Shown: positions 39,944 to 50,234 of the stretch, piece after piece | Position numbering within the stretch: the first letter of the stretch is position 1 | Layout of the letters: each line of letters starts with the position of its first letter | Position numbers and translations under genes: made by a program | The notes under the pieces: generated by a model | Databases searched by the model: none | Told to the model about the DNA's origin: nothing | The model's input: only the letters and a program-made list of their open reading frames with translations | Source of the DNA: Longimicrobiales bacterium | GTDB taxonomy: Bacteria > Gemmatimonadota > Gemmatimonadetes > Longimicrobiales > Gaopeijiaceae | Assembly (NCBI GenBank): GCA_965198065.1 | Contig: CBDAON010000004.1 | Location: forward strand, 1,216,001-1,280,000 | Length of the DNA stretch: 64,000 nucleotides | Direction of reading: 5' to 3'

Positions 39944-40031
39944 CGCCGCGGTTCCGGCCCCTCCCCGGCGTTTCCCCGGGTCGTCCCGGCAGGAGCAGAC
40001 CGCACAGGTGAGAGCGAGTCGAGAGCCCAGC

Positions 40032-40514
40032 GTGCTCCACGTCCTGTCCCTGAGCAGCGTCGTCTTCGGTCTCTGGCTGCTCCTCTCCGGTCACTGGACG
40101 CCTCTGTTCCTGTTCCTGGGCGTTCTTTCCACGGCCGTGGCAGTCTCCCTCGCCCTCCGGATGGAAGTCGTGGAGGAGGAGGGCGTGCCGGTCGTCCATC
40201 TGAATTGGCGGATCCTCACGTACGTTCCGTGGCTGATCTGGAAGGTGCTCAAGTCGAACCTCGCGGTAGCTCGCCTGATCCTGGATCCCGGGCTCCCCAT
40301 AAGCCCGAAGATCGGGCGCATCCGTGGAAGGCAGCGGACCGATCTCGGACGGGTGATCTTCGCGAACTCGATCACGATGACCCCCGGGACCGTCACCGTG
40401 GCGGTGACGGGATCGGACTTACAGGTCCACGCCCTGTATCGTGAGGCGCTGGACGGCATGGAGGAGGGGGAAATGAACCGGAGGATCGCGGCACTGGAGA
40501 AGGGCGGCCCATGA
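40032..40514 (+). CDS. mrpE: Mrp Na+/H+ antiporter subunit E
   Basis: ANSITMTPGT motif. Confidence 0.92.
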   Translation: MLHVLSLSSVVFGLWLLLSGHWTPLFLFLGVLSTAVAVSLALRMEVVEEEGVPVVHLNWRILTYVPWLIWKVLKSNLAVARLILDPGLPISPKIGRIRGRQRTDLGRVIFANSITMTPGTVTVAVTGSDLQVHALYREALDGMEEGEMNRRIAALEKGGP

Positions 40515-40807
40515 CGGTGGCGCTCAGCGCGGCCGCGATCCTGGTCACGATGACGATGGCCATCGTGCGCGCGCTCCGCGGCCCGACTGTCTATGACCGG
40601 GTTCTCGCGGGCAACATGTTCGGGACGGCGACCGTGCTTCTCATCGCGGTGATCGGGTTCCTGACCGAGCGTCCGGACTTCCTGGACCTCGCCCTCCTCT
40701 ACGCCCTTCTCAGCTTCATCGGGACGATTGCCGTGCTCAAGTACGTGAGCTATCGGGACCTGGGGAAGGGGGGAGAGCAGACGGAGGAGGAGAAGTGGAA
40801 CTGGTGA
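40511..40807 (+). CDS. mrpF: Mrp subunit F
   Basis: GPTVYDRVLA. Confidence 0.92.
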   Translation: MTVALSAAAILVTMTMAIVRALRGPTVYDRVLAGNMFGTATVLLIAVIGFLTERPDFLDLALLYALLSFIGTIAVLKYVSYRDLGKGGEQTEEEKWNW

Positions 40808-41199
40808 TGTCCCTCGTGAGCGGCGCGCTTCTCGTCGCGGGGGCGTTCTTCATCCTCGTCGCCGGGATCGGCGTGCTCCGCCTCCCGGATGTCTTCACCC
40901 GCATGCACGCGGCGGGAATCAAGGACACGATGGGCTCGGCCCTGACCCTCGCGGGGCTCATGCTCGTGGCCGGCTTCTCCCTCGTGACCGTGAAGCTCCT
41001 CATCATCTGGGGGCTTCTCTGGCTCACCTGCTCGGTTGCGACGCACGCGGTCGCGCGGGCCGCCCTGCGTGGGGGCCTGGAGCCGATCCTGGCCGAGGGA
41101 GGATCGGTCCGGATGGCAACTGGAGCCGCCGACGGGGCCGCCACGGGGGAGTCGGAGGGCCGGACGGGCGGCGGCGTGGACCCTGGAGGCGCACGGTGA
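40795..41199 (+). CDS. mrpG: Mrp subunit G
   Basis: RLPDVFTRMHAA. Confidence 0.92.
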   Translation: MELVMSLVSGALLVAGAFFILVAGIGVLRLPDVFTRMHAAGIKDTMGSALTLAGLMLVAGFSLVTVKLLIIWGLLWLTCSVATHAVARAALRGGLEPILAEGGSVRMATGAADGAATGESEGRTGGGVDPGGAR

Positions 41200-41732
41200 T
41201 CGAGCTCGTCGACGTCGCGCTCCTCACACTGCTCGCCGTCACGGCCTTCGGGATCCTCCGGCTTCGGAACCTGTTCGCGGTCGTCCTCATGAGCGCGATC
41301 TACAGCCTCCTCTCGGCAGGGCTCTTCGTCACGATGGACGCGCCCGATGTCGCGTTCACCGAAGCTGCGGTCGGCGTGGGGATCTCGACTGTGCTCTTCC
41401 TAGGAGCCCTGGCGCTGCTGGGGGACGAGGAGCGGCCGGAGGCTCGTTCCAGGGCCCTTCCGCTCGTCGTCGTGATCGTCACGGGAGGCATCCTCGCGTA
41501 CGGCATGCTCGACGTGCCGCCCTTCGGGGACCCGGCCAACCCGGTCCACCATCACGTCGTCCCCCGCTACCTCGAGGAGCAGGAGGCGGAGATCGGGATT
41601 CCGAACGTGGTGACGGCCGTGCTTACGAGCTACCGGGGTTACGACACCCTCGGGGAGACCACCGTCATCTTCACGGCCGGCATCGGGGTGCTCCTCCTCC
41701 TGGCCGGTCACCTGAGGAAGCGCGACCCGTGA
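41196..41732 (+). CDS. Mrp DUF4040/MnhB-related subunit (MrpA C-terminal-like)
   Basis: APDVAFTEAAVG; NVVTAVL..YRGYDTLGE. Confidence 0.9.
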   Translation: MIELVDVALLTLLAVTAFGILRLRNLFAVVLMSAIYSLLSAGLFVTMDAPDVAFTEAAVGVGISTVLFLGALALLGDEERPEARSRALPLVVVIVTGGILAYGMLDVPPFGDPANPVHHHVVPRYLEEQEAEIGIPNVVTAVLTSYRGYDTLGETTVIFTAGIGVLLLLAGHLRKRDP

Positions 41733-42151
41733 GCGGGAACGTGATCCTCCGGGTGGCCACCAAGCTCCTCTGCCCGAACATCTTCCTCTTCGCGCTCTAT
41801 GTGCAGTTCCACGGCGATTATGGCCCGGGGGGGGGCTTCCAGGCCGGCGTGATCATGGGGGCGGGCTTCATCCTCTACGCTCTAGTCTATGGGCTCGATT
41901 ACACCCGCCGGGTCCTTCCCCCGGGAGTGGCGAGCACCTGCATGGCGCTCGGGGTCCTCCTCTTCGCGTCGGTCGGGGTGGTCGCGCTTCTCGGCGGCGG
42001 CGCGTACCTGGACTACAGCGCTCTCGCCGAGGACCAGCACATCGGGCAGCACTGGGGGATCTTCACGGTCGAGCTAGGCGTGTTCATCACGGTCTTCGGG
42101 ACGATGGTCTCGATCTTCTACGCAGTGGCCGGCCGCAAGGGCCGAAACTGA
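41729..42151 (+). CDS. mrpB: Mrp subunit B
   Basis: HGDYGPGGGFQAG. Confidence 0.92.
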   Translation: MSGNVILRVATKLLCPNIFLFALYVQFHGDYGPGGGFQAGVIMGAGFILYALVYGLDYTRRVLPPGVASTCMALGVLLFASVGVVALLGGGAYLDYSALAEDQHIGQHWGIFTVELGVFITVFGTMVSIFYAVAGRKGRN

Positions 42152-42159
42152 GCGCTTCG

Positions 42160-42552
42160 ATGGAATTCCTCCTCGGACACTACAACTACCTGGTCGTCGT
42201 CTTTCTGATGATGCTCGGGTTCTACATCGTCATCTCCCGCTCGAACATGGTGAAGGTGCTGGTGGGGCTCAGCCTCTTCCAGACGTCCGTCTTCATCTTC
42301 TACATTTCGCTGGGCAAGATCCGCGGCGGCACTGCGCCCATCCTCATCGAGGGCGCGGAGGACGTGGCGTACGCGAACCCGCTTCCCAGCGTTCTCATCC
42401 TCACCGCGATCGTCGTGAGCATCTCCACGACAGCGCTGGGCCTCGCCATCGTCATCCGGATCCGCGAGGCGTACGGCACGATCGAGGAGGAGGAAATCGA
42501 CTCGATCGAGAGCGCCGAAGACGTGTCGTCGCCGGACATCCGCTGGACGTGA
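42160..42552 (+). CDS. mrpC: Mrp subunit C
   Basis: NPLPSVLILTAIVV. Confidence 0.92.
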   Translation: MEFLLGHYNYLVVVFLMMLGFYIVISRSNMVKVLVGLSLFQTSVFIFYISLGKIRGGTAPILIEGAEDVAYANPLPSVLILTAIVVSISTTALGLAIVIRIREAYGTIEEEEIDSIESAEDVSSPDIRWT

Positions 42553-44057
42553 CCGGACAGCTGCCCATCCTCCAGGTTGCGGTCCCGCTGATGGCCGCCG
42601 GGATCTGTGCCCTGATCCCGCGAGGCCGGGTCGCCTGGGGGTGGGGCGTCCTGGTGGCGTGGGCCGCGCTCACCATCGCGATCTCGCTTCTGGCCCGTGT
42701 GCTCGCGGAGGGTCCGATCAGCTACGAGTTGGGCGGGTGGGCGGCGCCGTGGGGGATCGAGTACCGGATCGACGCCGTGAACGCCTTCGTCCTCGTGATC
42801 GTGGCGGGGATCGCGGCAGTCGTCTTTCCCTTCGCGCTCAAGAGCGTAGAAAAGGAGCTCGAGGTGGGGAAGATCCCCCTTTTCTACGCCGCCTTCCTCC
42901 TCTGCTTGACCGGGCTCCTTGGGGTCACGATCACGGGAGACGTCTTCAACCTCTTCGTGTTCCTGGAGATCTCCTCGCTCTCCAGCTACGTGCTGGTCGC
43001 GATGGGACGGGACCGGAGAGCGCTCACCGCCGCGTTCCGGTACCTCGTGATGGGGAGCGTCGGGGCGACGTTCATCCTGATCGGGATCGGCCTCCTGTAC
43101 GCGGTGACGGGAACGCTGAACATGCTGGATCTCTCGATCCGGATCCCACAGGTAGGCCCGTCCCGGACGATTCCCGTCGCCTTCGGCTTCCTCACGGTGG
43201 GGATCTGCCTGAAGCTGGCGCTCTTCCCGCTCCACCTCTGGCTTCCGAACGCGTACGCGTACGCGCCGTCCGTGGCGACCGCCTTTCTCGCTGCGACCTC
43301 GACCAAAGTCGCCGTCTACATGCTGCTTCGGTTCTTTTTCACGATTTTCGGGGCGGAATTCTCGTTCGACGTCATGCGTCTGGACGCGGTTCTAATCCCG
43401 CTCGCGCTCGTCGCGATCCTCACGATGTCTCTGGCGGCCATCTTCCAAGACAATCTGAAGCGCATGCTCGCGTACTCGAGCCTGGCCCAGATCGGATACA
43501 TCGCGCTGGGCATCGGCTTGGCGTCCGTGACGGGGCTGACCGCCGGAGTCCTGCACCTCTTCAACCACGCCCTCATGAAGGGAGCGCTCTTTCTCGCGGT
43601 AGGGTGCGTGTTCTACCGGCTCGGATCGGTGAGTGTGAGCCGCATGGCGGGGGTGGGTCGTGAGATGCCGTGGACCATGGGTGCCTTCACGGCGGCGGGG
43701 CTCAGCATCATTGGCGTGCCGCTCACGGTTGGGTTCATAAGCAAATGGTATCTGATCCTGGCGGCGCTGGACCGAGGATGGTGGCCGGTGGCGGCGCTCG
43801 TGCTTGTGGCCTCTCTCCTCGCGCTCGTGTACGTCGGGCGAGTCGTCGAGTCCGCATACTTCCGTCCTTCCCCCGAGGGGAGGGAGCGGCTGGCTGAGGC
43901 GCCGCTCTTCCTCCTCCTGCCGACTTGGGCTCTCGTGTTTGCCAACCTCCTTTTCGGCGTGGACGCGTCCCTCACGGTGGGGGTCGCGACGCGAGCCGCG
44001 GACTTGCTTCTCGGTGGGGGCGGCGTGACCGGGAGCCTGGGGTTGGGGCGACCGTGA
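42549..44057 (+). CDS. mrpD: Mrp subunit D
   Basis: GDVFNLFVFLEI, PLHLWLP.AY, KRMLAYSS. Confidence 0.93.
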   Translation: MTGQLPILQVAVPLMAAGICALIPRGRVAWGWGVLVAWAALTIAISLLARVLAEGPISYELGGWAAPWGIEYRIDAVNAFVLVIVAGIAAVVFPFALKSVEKELEVGKIPLFYAAFLLCLTGLLGVTITGDVFNLFVFLEISSLSSYVLVAMGRDRRALTAAFRYLVMGSVGATFILIGIGLLYAVTGTLNMLDLSIRIPQVGPSRTIPVAFGFLTVGICLKLALFPLHLWLPNAYAYAPSVATAFLAATSTKVAVYMLLRFFFTIFGAEFSFDVMRLDAVLIPLALVAILTMSLAAIFQDNLKRMLAYSSLAQIGYIALGIGLASVTGLTAGVLHLFNHALMKGALFLAVGCVFYRLGSVSVSRMAGVGREMPWTMGAFTAAGLSIIGVPLTVGFISKWYLILAALDRGWWPVAALVLVASLLALVYVGRVVESAYFRPSPEGRERLAEAPLFLLLPTWALVFANLLFGVDASLTVGVATRAADLLLGGGGVTGSLGLGRP

Positions 44058-45571
44058 GCGCCGAGCTTCTGTCCCGGCTGGTCGTCCTCGTTCCTGTGGC
44101 TGGCGCGTTCCTGATCGCGCTCGCCGGCCGACGCGCCAATCTGCGGGAAGGCGTATCGTTTCTGGCCGGAGGCCTCCTGCTCGCGAGCGTCGCCGGCCTG
44201 ACCGCCGAGGTGCTGCAGGGCGCCCGGCCCCAGGTCGTTCTCTTCCGGTTATTTCCGGGCCTGCCGCTCGAGCTTTCGGCGGAGCCCCTCGGCATGCTGT
44301 TCGCTCTTGTGGCCGCGCTCCTCTGGCCGATCAACTCGCTCTATTCCGTCGGATACATGCGGGGGAACCGGGAGGGGAATCAGACCCGCTACTACGTCTG
44401 CTTCGCGGTCGCGATCGCGAGCGCCATGGGGATCGCGTTAGCGGGGAATCTGGTCACGCTCTTCGCGTTCTACGAGGCCCTCACGTTCTCGACCTTTCCC
44501 CTGGTCACGCACCGTGGAACCGAGAAGGCGATGAAGGCGGGACGCGTCTACTTGGGAGTCCTCGTCTCTACCTCGATCGGCTTCCTGCTTCTGGCGATCG
44601 GCTGGACCTGGCTGGCCGCGGGCACGGTGGAGTTCACCCCGGGGGGGATACTCGAGGGGAGGGTGGACGGACCGGGCCTCGGGATCCTCCTCGCGCTCTA
44701 CGTGTTCGGGATCGGTAAGGCCGCGGTGATGCCCGTCCACCGGTGGCTCCCGGCCGCGATGGTCGCGCCCACCCCGGTGAGCGCTCTCCTGCACGCGGTG
44801 GCGGTCGTGAAGGCGGGAGTCTTCTCGATCGTCAAGGTCGTCGTGTATGTGTTCGGGCTGGAGACGCTCGCTGCGGCCGGGTCGACCGGGTGGGTAGCCT
44901 ACGTAGCCGGCTTCACCGTGATCGGGGCGTCCGTGGTCTCCATCCGGATCCTGCTCGCTGGTGGGGACCTGAAGCGGTTGCTCGCGTACTCCACCATCAG
45001 CCAGCTCTCCTACGTCGTCCTGGCCGCGGCCGTCTACGCTCCAATGTCGGCTGCTGGCGCGGCTCTTCACATCATCGCGCACGCCTTCGGTAAGATCACC
45101 CTCTTCTTCGCGGCCGGGTCCATCTATACGGCCGCGCGCGAGACCCAGATCTCCGGATTGGACGGGATCGGTCGCCTGATGCCTTGGACCATGGGGGCGT
45201 TCGCCGTCGGGAGCCTCTCGATGATCGGACTTCCGCCCACGGGCGGCTTCATCAGCAAATGGTATATGCTGATGGGGGCCATGGAGGCCCAGCACCTGAT
45301 CGCTGCTGGCGTCCTGGTGGCGAGCACGCTTCTGAACGCAGCTTACTTCGGTCCGATCGTGTACCGTGCTTTCTTGATCGCACCGGGGGCGAAGTTGGAC
45401 GCCCCCGGCGGCACGGGCCACGACGGCGAGGCACCCCTCCCCATCGTCGTCGCAACCGTGGCGACGGCCGCCCTGACCGTAATCCTGTTCTTCTTCCCCG
45501 ACGTGCCGCTCGAGCTGGTTTCACAGATGCTGGAGTCGGCGCTCCCGGCTCAGGTGGTGGGACTCCGATGA
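44054..45571 (+). CDS. Mrp subunit D/A-like proton-conducting membrane subunit
   Basis: WLPAAMVAPTPVSALLHAVAVVKAG. Confidence 0.92.
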   Translation: MSAELLSRLVVLVPVAGAFLIALAGRRANLREGVSFLAGGLLLASVAGLTAEVLQGARPQVVLFRLFPGLPLELSAEPLGMLFALVAALLWPINSLYSVGYMRGNREGNQTRYYVCFAVAIASAMGIALAGNLVTLFAFYEALTFSTFPLVTHRGTEKAMKAGRVYLGVLVSTSIGFLLLAIGWTWLAAGTVEFTPGGILEGRVDGPGLGILLALYVFGIGKAAVMPVHRWLPAAMVAPTPVSALLHAVAVVKAGVFSIVKVVVYVFGLETLAAAGSTGWVAYVAGFTVIGASVVSIRILLAGGDLKRLLAYSTISQLSYVVLAAAVYAPMSAAGAALHIIAHAFGKITLFFAAGSIYTAARETQISGLDGIGRLMPWTMGAFAVGSLSMIGLPPTGGFISKWYMLMGAMEAQHLIAAGVLVASTLLNAAYFGPIVYRAFLIAPGAKLDAPGGTGHDGEAPLPIVVATVATAALTVILFFFPDVPLELVSQMLESALPAQVVGLR

Positions 45572-45620
45572 GACGAGGATCGTGTCGGTGAGGCTGGGTG
45601 GGGGCGGGGTGGGCCCTCCG

Positions 45621-45875
45621 ATGAGACCGTCCGACGAGCCCACCCACTGGCTCGTTCGTCCCCAGACGATCCGGATGCTCTGGAGGGTGTTCATCGGGAT
45701 TCTCGTCCTGACGGTCCTTGCCGACTTCTTCGTCCGTCAGCACGAGCACTTTGGGATCGACGACTCGTTCGGGTTTTACGCCGGGTACGGATTCGTCAGC
45801 TGTGTCGCGATGGTGCTCTTCGCGAAGTTGCTCGGCGTCTTCGTGAAGCGAAGAGACACGTATTATGGGGATTGA
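45621..45875 (+). CDS. Small two-TM protein within the mrp operon
   Basis: HWLVRP.TIR.LW...FGFYAGYGF..C...KR..TYY. Confidence 0.8.
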   Translation: MRPSDEPTHWLVRPQTIRMLWRVFIGILVLTVLADFFVRQHEHFGIDDSFGFYAGYGFVSCVAMVLFAKLLGVFVKRRDTYYGD

Positions 45876-47550
45876 GTCCTTTCCGCCGGGGCTGATCCTG
45901 ATCCTGGGAGCGTTTTTCCTTCCGGCCCTGAAGGGAACGCCGAGAGCGGTGGGCGTCCTCGTGCTCCCGCTCCTCACCCTCGCGGCGGTAGTGACGATCC
46001 CCACGGGGGTACATCTCGAGCTTGGCTTTCTAGGGTTCGAGCTGGAGCCGCTCAGGGTGACTACCCTCGGCCGGCTCTTCGCCATCGTGTTCTCGCTCAT
46101 GGCCGCGGCCGGGGGCCTCTACGGGCTCCGGCAAGCTTCTCTGTTCGAGATCGTGTCGGCCTACGTCTACGCCGGGAGCGCGGTGGGGGCGACGTTCGCG
46201 GGCGACCTCATCACGCTCTTCGTGTTCTGGGAGCTGATGGCCATCGGATCGACCGCCGTAATCTGGTCGGCGGGAACGGAGCCTGCGTATCGGGCGGGGG
46301 TGCGCTACCTCCTAGTTCACCTCCTGGGTGGCGTCCTGCTCATGCTGGGAGTGACCGGATACGCGGCGGCGAACCAATCCGTCGCGTTCGGGCCGATGGA
46401 ACTCGACGGTCCGGCCACCTGGCTCATCTTCGCGGGCTTCCTCGTGAATGCGGGGGCCCCGCCCCTTTCCGCGTGGATCGCGGACGCCTATCCGGAGGCG
46501 AGCCCCAGCGGGGCGGCTTTCCTGTCGGCCTTCACCACGAAGACGGCTGTCTACGCTCTGCTGGTCGGTTTCGCGGGAACGTCTCTCCTCGTTCCCATCG
46601 GCCTCTACATGGCCTTTTACGGGATCATTTACGCGCTCCTCGAGAACGACATGCGCCGCATCCTGGCGTACAGCATCGTGAACCAGGTGGGGTTCATGGT
46701 TGCGGGGATTGGGATCGGAACGCCCATGGCCCTGAATGGCGCCGCGGCCCATGCCTTCGCGCACATCATCTACAAGGGTCTGCTCTTCATGTCGGCGGGG
46801 GCGGTCCTCTATCGCACCGGGAAGCGGAAATGCACCGAGCTGGGCGGACTCTTCCGCACGATGCCCTTCACGATGGCCTTCGGAGCGATCGGTGCGATCG
46901 CCATCTCGTCGTTCCCGTTCACCTCGGGGTTCGTGTCGAAGTCCATGATCAACCAGGCCGCCGCGGATGCCGATCTCGCCGTGTCGTGGTTCCTCCTCAC
47001 GGCTGCGTCGGCCGGGGTCTTCCTGCACGCGGGGATCAAGTTCCCCTGGTTCGTCTTCTTCCACAAAGACTCGGGAATGCGGCCGCCGGAGGCACCCGGG
47101 CACATGATGATCAGCATGGGCTTCTTCGCGTTCCTCTGCCTTTTCCTCGGGGTGGCACCGGGTGTGTTATACTCGCTCCTGCCTCTCCCCGTCGAGTACG
47201 TACCGTACACGGTCGAGCACCTCGTGTCCCAGTTCCAGCTTCTCCTGTTTGCGGGTCTCGCTTTCTTCGCTCTCCTCCCGGCGATGCTGCGAACGGAGAC
47301 GCTCTCGCTGGATTTCGACTGGCTCTATCGGCGACTGGGATGGGTAATCGTCGCCGGGATGGCAAGTTCGATGTCGGCGGGATGGAGTGCGCTGGGCGAG
47401 GGAGCTCGGGGGCACTTCGGTCGGATTACGTCTGTGATATTCCGCACGCATGGTCCGCAGGGGCCCCTGGCGCGCTCGTGGCCCGTCGGAAGCATGGTCC
47501 TCTGGGTCGCCGTGCTTCTCGGGGCCTTCCTCGCCTTCGCCCTGAGCTGA
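45865..47550 (+). CDS. Mrp subunit D-like protein
   Basis: WIADAYPEAS, AFTTKTAVY, RRILAYSIVNQVG. Confidence 0.92.
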   Translation: MGIESFPPGLILILGAFFLPALKGTPRAVGVLVLPLLTLAAVVTIPTGVHLELGFLGFELEPLRVTTLGRLFAIVFSLMAAAGGLYGLRQASLFEIVSAYVYAGSAVGATFAGDLITLFVFWELMAIGSTAVIWSAGTEPAYRAGVRYLLVHLLGGVLLMLGVTGYAAANQSVAFGPMELDGPATWLIFAGFLVNAGAPPLSAWIADAYPEASPSGAAFLSAFTTKTAVYALLVGFAGTSLLVPIGLYMAFYGIIYALLENDMRRILAYSIVNQVGFMVAGIGIGTPMALNGAAAHAFAHIIYKGLLFMSAGAVLYRTGKRKCTELGGLFRTMPFTMAFGAIGAIAISSFPFTSGFVSKSMINQAAADADLAVSWFLLTAASAGVFLHAGIKFPWFVFFHKDSGMRPPEAPGHMMISMGFFAFLCLFLGVAPGVLYSLLPLPVEYVPYTVEHLVSQFQLLLFAGLAFFALLPAMLRTETLSLDFDWLYRRLGWVIVAGMASSMSAGWSALGEGARGHFGRITSVIFRTHGPQGPLARSWPVGSMVLWVAVLLGAFLAFALS

Positions 47551-47611
47551 GCCGGCGGGGCCTCGACGCGTCGTGCGACGGGATCCGCGTGCCCGGCGGC
47601 CTGGGTCGGCC

Positions 47612-47990
47612 TCACGTCAAGCCGTCGTTTCGCTCCTTGAGAAGCCGGCGCATGGCCAGTGCATCGTGCAGCATGATCCGGAGAAACTCGCTTTCGATCG
47701 GCTTCACCAGGTAGGTTCTCGCGCCCTGATCGAGGCAGCGGACCGCGAGCGCGGGGTCGTCCAGCCCGGTCAGGATGATGACAGCCATCTCGGGTTCGCG
47801 TTCCAGGACCCAGCGCAGGAACTCGACGCCGCTCATGCGGGGAAGGTCGATGTCGAGGAGCACCGCGTCGAACGACTCGGCCCCAAGCCACGAGTCCGCC
47901 TCAGGGCGAGGATCCGCCGCGACCGACGCGCCTTCCTCCATCGAATGGACTCGACCTGTGCACGATCCTCCAAGTCGCCGACGGTGGGCG
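47612..47990 (-). pseudogene. Standalone response-regulator receiver with a degenerate 5' end
   Basis: DAVLLDIDLPRMSG, IILTG, YLVKP present; the N-terminal acidic pocket is not in frame. Confidence 0.65.
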
Positions 47991-48098
47991 GCGGTTCGTC
48001 ACGCCGCCGTCGGGAACCTTCCGCACCGTGATCCCGGCTGGGCCCGCCTGGATATCGGCCTTTGAAGCTACTGTCGCCCATGGCTCTGGGCCTGGAAT

Positions 48099-50234
48099 CT
48101 AGGAGTCGCCGCGAACGCGGGCGAGCGATGCGTGGGCTCGCTCGACGACTGTGCTGGAGGTGATCCGCAGTTCTCGGAAGAGCGTTCCTCCGGGCGCAGA
48201 GGCGCCGAAACGGTCCAGGCCGACCGCCTCCCCCAGCGGGCCGATCCAGCGGGACCATCCGAGCGGGCTGCCCGCTTCCAGCGAGACGCGGGCGAGCACG
48301 TCCGGTGGAAGGACTCGGTCGATGTACGCGGGCTCCTGCCGGGAGAAGACGTACCAGCTGGGGAGGCTCACGACACGGGTGGGAATCCCGTCGGCCTCCA
48401 TCGCCGTCCCGGCCTCGATGGCGAGGTGGAGCTCCGATCCCGAGCCGATCAGGACGACCTCCGGAGGGCCCCCCGACGCCTCCCGGAACACGTACCCCCC
48501 CCTCTCGGCGTCCGCCTCTCCGGACCCGCCCTCCCGCTCGAGCTGCGGGACCGGCTGGCGCGTGAGCGCCAGGAAGGCGGGCCCATCCGAGCGAGCGAGC
48601 GCGAGGCGCCAGGCAGCGGCCGTCTCCACTGCGTCTGCCGGCCGAAAGTCCATCAGGCCGGGAATCGCGCGGAGCGCCATGAGCTGTTCGATCGGCTGAT
48701 GGGTGGGGCCGTCCTCTCCCAGGCCAATCGAATCGTGCGTGAACACGTACGTGACGGGCAGGCCCATCAGAGCCGCCAGTCGGATGGCTGGTCGCATGTA
48801 ATCCGAGAAGATCAGGAACGTTCCGCCATACACGCGCAGCCCTCCGTGGAGGGCCATCCCGCTCAGGATTCCACCCATCGCATGCTCACGAACTCCGAAG
48901 TGGAGGTTCCTTCCCCCTGGGTGATCGGGCAGGAACGAGTCGGCCCCCTTGATGTGGGTGTTGTTCGACGGCGCGAGGTCCGCAGATCCGCCCACAAGAT
49001 TGGGGATGGCCCGAGCGAGCGCCTGAAGGACTCTACCGGAGCTGGACCGGGTGGCCTCCGGCTTGGCCGCGACCGCCAGGCTCTCCGGCTGGGCGCGCGC
49101 GGACCCGGCGGAGGCAACCCCCGAGTGAGCTCCGGCCTCCGCGGTGCCGACCGCCGACTCCCAGCCGGCAGGCAGGCCTCCGGAGAGGAATCGCTCGAAC
49201 TCCTCCGCCTCCCCCGGCAACGCGGCCCGGTAGGCGGCCATCACCTCAGTCCACTCGTTCTCGAGCGCTTCTCCCCGGGGCTTCGCCTCGGCCCACTCCC
49301 GACGCGCCTCTTCGGCGACCCAGAACGGCTCGAGCGATGGGTAACCGAGCGCCTCCTTTGTGAGGCGGACCTCCTCCTCCCCGAGCGCGGCTCCGTGCGC
49401 CGCCGCGGTCCCCGCTTTGTTCGGGCTCCCGTAGGCAATCACGGTCTTGAGTGCGATGAACGACGGTCGCTCGGTTTCCTGCCGGGCGGCGTGGACGGCC
49501 CACCCGATCGCCGACAGGTCGTTCCCGTCGGCGACGGACTGGACGTGCCAACCGTACCCCTCGAAGCGGCGGAGCTGATCGGTGGACGTGGCGAGCGCCG
49601 TGGACCCCTCGATCGTGATCCCGTTGTCGTCGAAGATCCAGATGAGCTTCCCCAACCGGTGGTGCCCCGCCAGCTCCGCGGCCTCGTGCGAGACCCCCTC
49701 CATCAGGTCCCCGTCCGAGCAGAGCACGTAGGTGGCATGATCCACGACCGTGTGCCCGGGGCGGTTGAAGCGGTCAGCCAGCCAACGCTCCGCGAGGGCC
49801 ATTCCCACTGAGTTCGCTACTCCCTGCCCGAGTGGGCCTGTCGTCGTCTCGACCCCCGGGGTGAGCCCGCGCTCCGGATGACCCGGCGTGCGACTCTCCC
49901 ACTGCCGGAACCTCCTGATCTCCTCCAGGGGGAGCTCGTAACCGGACAGGTGGAGGACGGAGTAGACCAACATCGAGGCGTGACCTGCCGAGAGCACGAA
50001 GCGGTCGCGGTCCGGCCACGACGGGTTCGCCGGGTTGTGCCGGAGGACGTGTCGCCAGAGGAGGTAGCCGGCTGGAGCCAGGCCCATGGGGGCGCCCGGG
50101 TGGCCGCATCTGGCGGCCTGGACTGCGTCCATCGATAGGACCCGGATGGCGTCCACCGCGAGCCGGGCGATCCGGGCGTCGGGGAGGACGATCGCGCCGG
50201 AGACCGTTCGGGTGCGAGTCGTCCCGCCGTTCAT
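48099..50234 (-). CDS. tkt: Transketolase
   Basis: [35 protein letters not shown]. Confidence 0.98.
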   Translation of the reverse strand: MNGGTTRTRTVSGAIVLPDARIARLAVDAIRVLSMDAVQAARCGHPGAPMGLAPAGYLLWRHVLRHNPANPSWPDRDRFVLSAGHASMLVYSVLHLSGYELPLEEIRRFRQWESRTPGHPERGLTPGVETTTGPLGQGVANSVGMALAERWLADRFNRPGHTVVDHATYVLCSDGDLMEGVSHEAAELAGHHRLGKLIWIFDDNGITIEGSTALATSTDQLRRFEGYGWHVQSVADGNDLSAIGWAVHAARQETERPSFIALKTVIAYGSPNKAGTAAAHGAALGEEEVRLTKEALGYPSLEPFWVAEEARREWAEAKPRGEALENEWTEVMAAYRAALPGEAEEFERFLSGGLPAGWESAVGTAEAGAHSGVASAGSARAQPESLAVAAKPEATRSSSGRVLQALARAIPNLVGGSADLAPSNNTHIKGADSFLPDHPGGRNLHFGVREHAMGGILSGMALHGGLRVYGGTFLIFSDYMRPAIRLAALMGLPVTYVFTHDSIGLGEDGPTHQPIEQLMALRAIPGLMDFRPADAVETAAAWRLALARSDGPAFLALTRQPVPQLEREGGSGEADAERGGYVFREASGGPPEVVLIGSGSELHLAIEAGTAMEADGIPTRVVSLPSWYVFSRQEPAYIDRVLPPDVLARVSLEAGSPLGWSRWIGPLGEAVGLDRFGASAPGGTLFRELRITSSTVVERAHASLARVRGDS

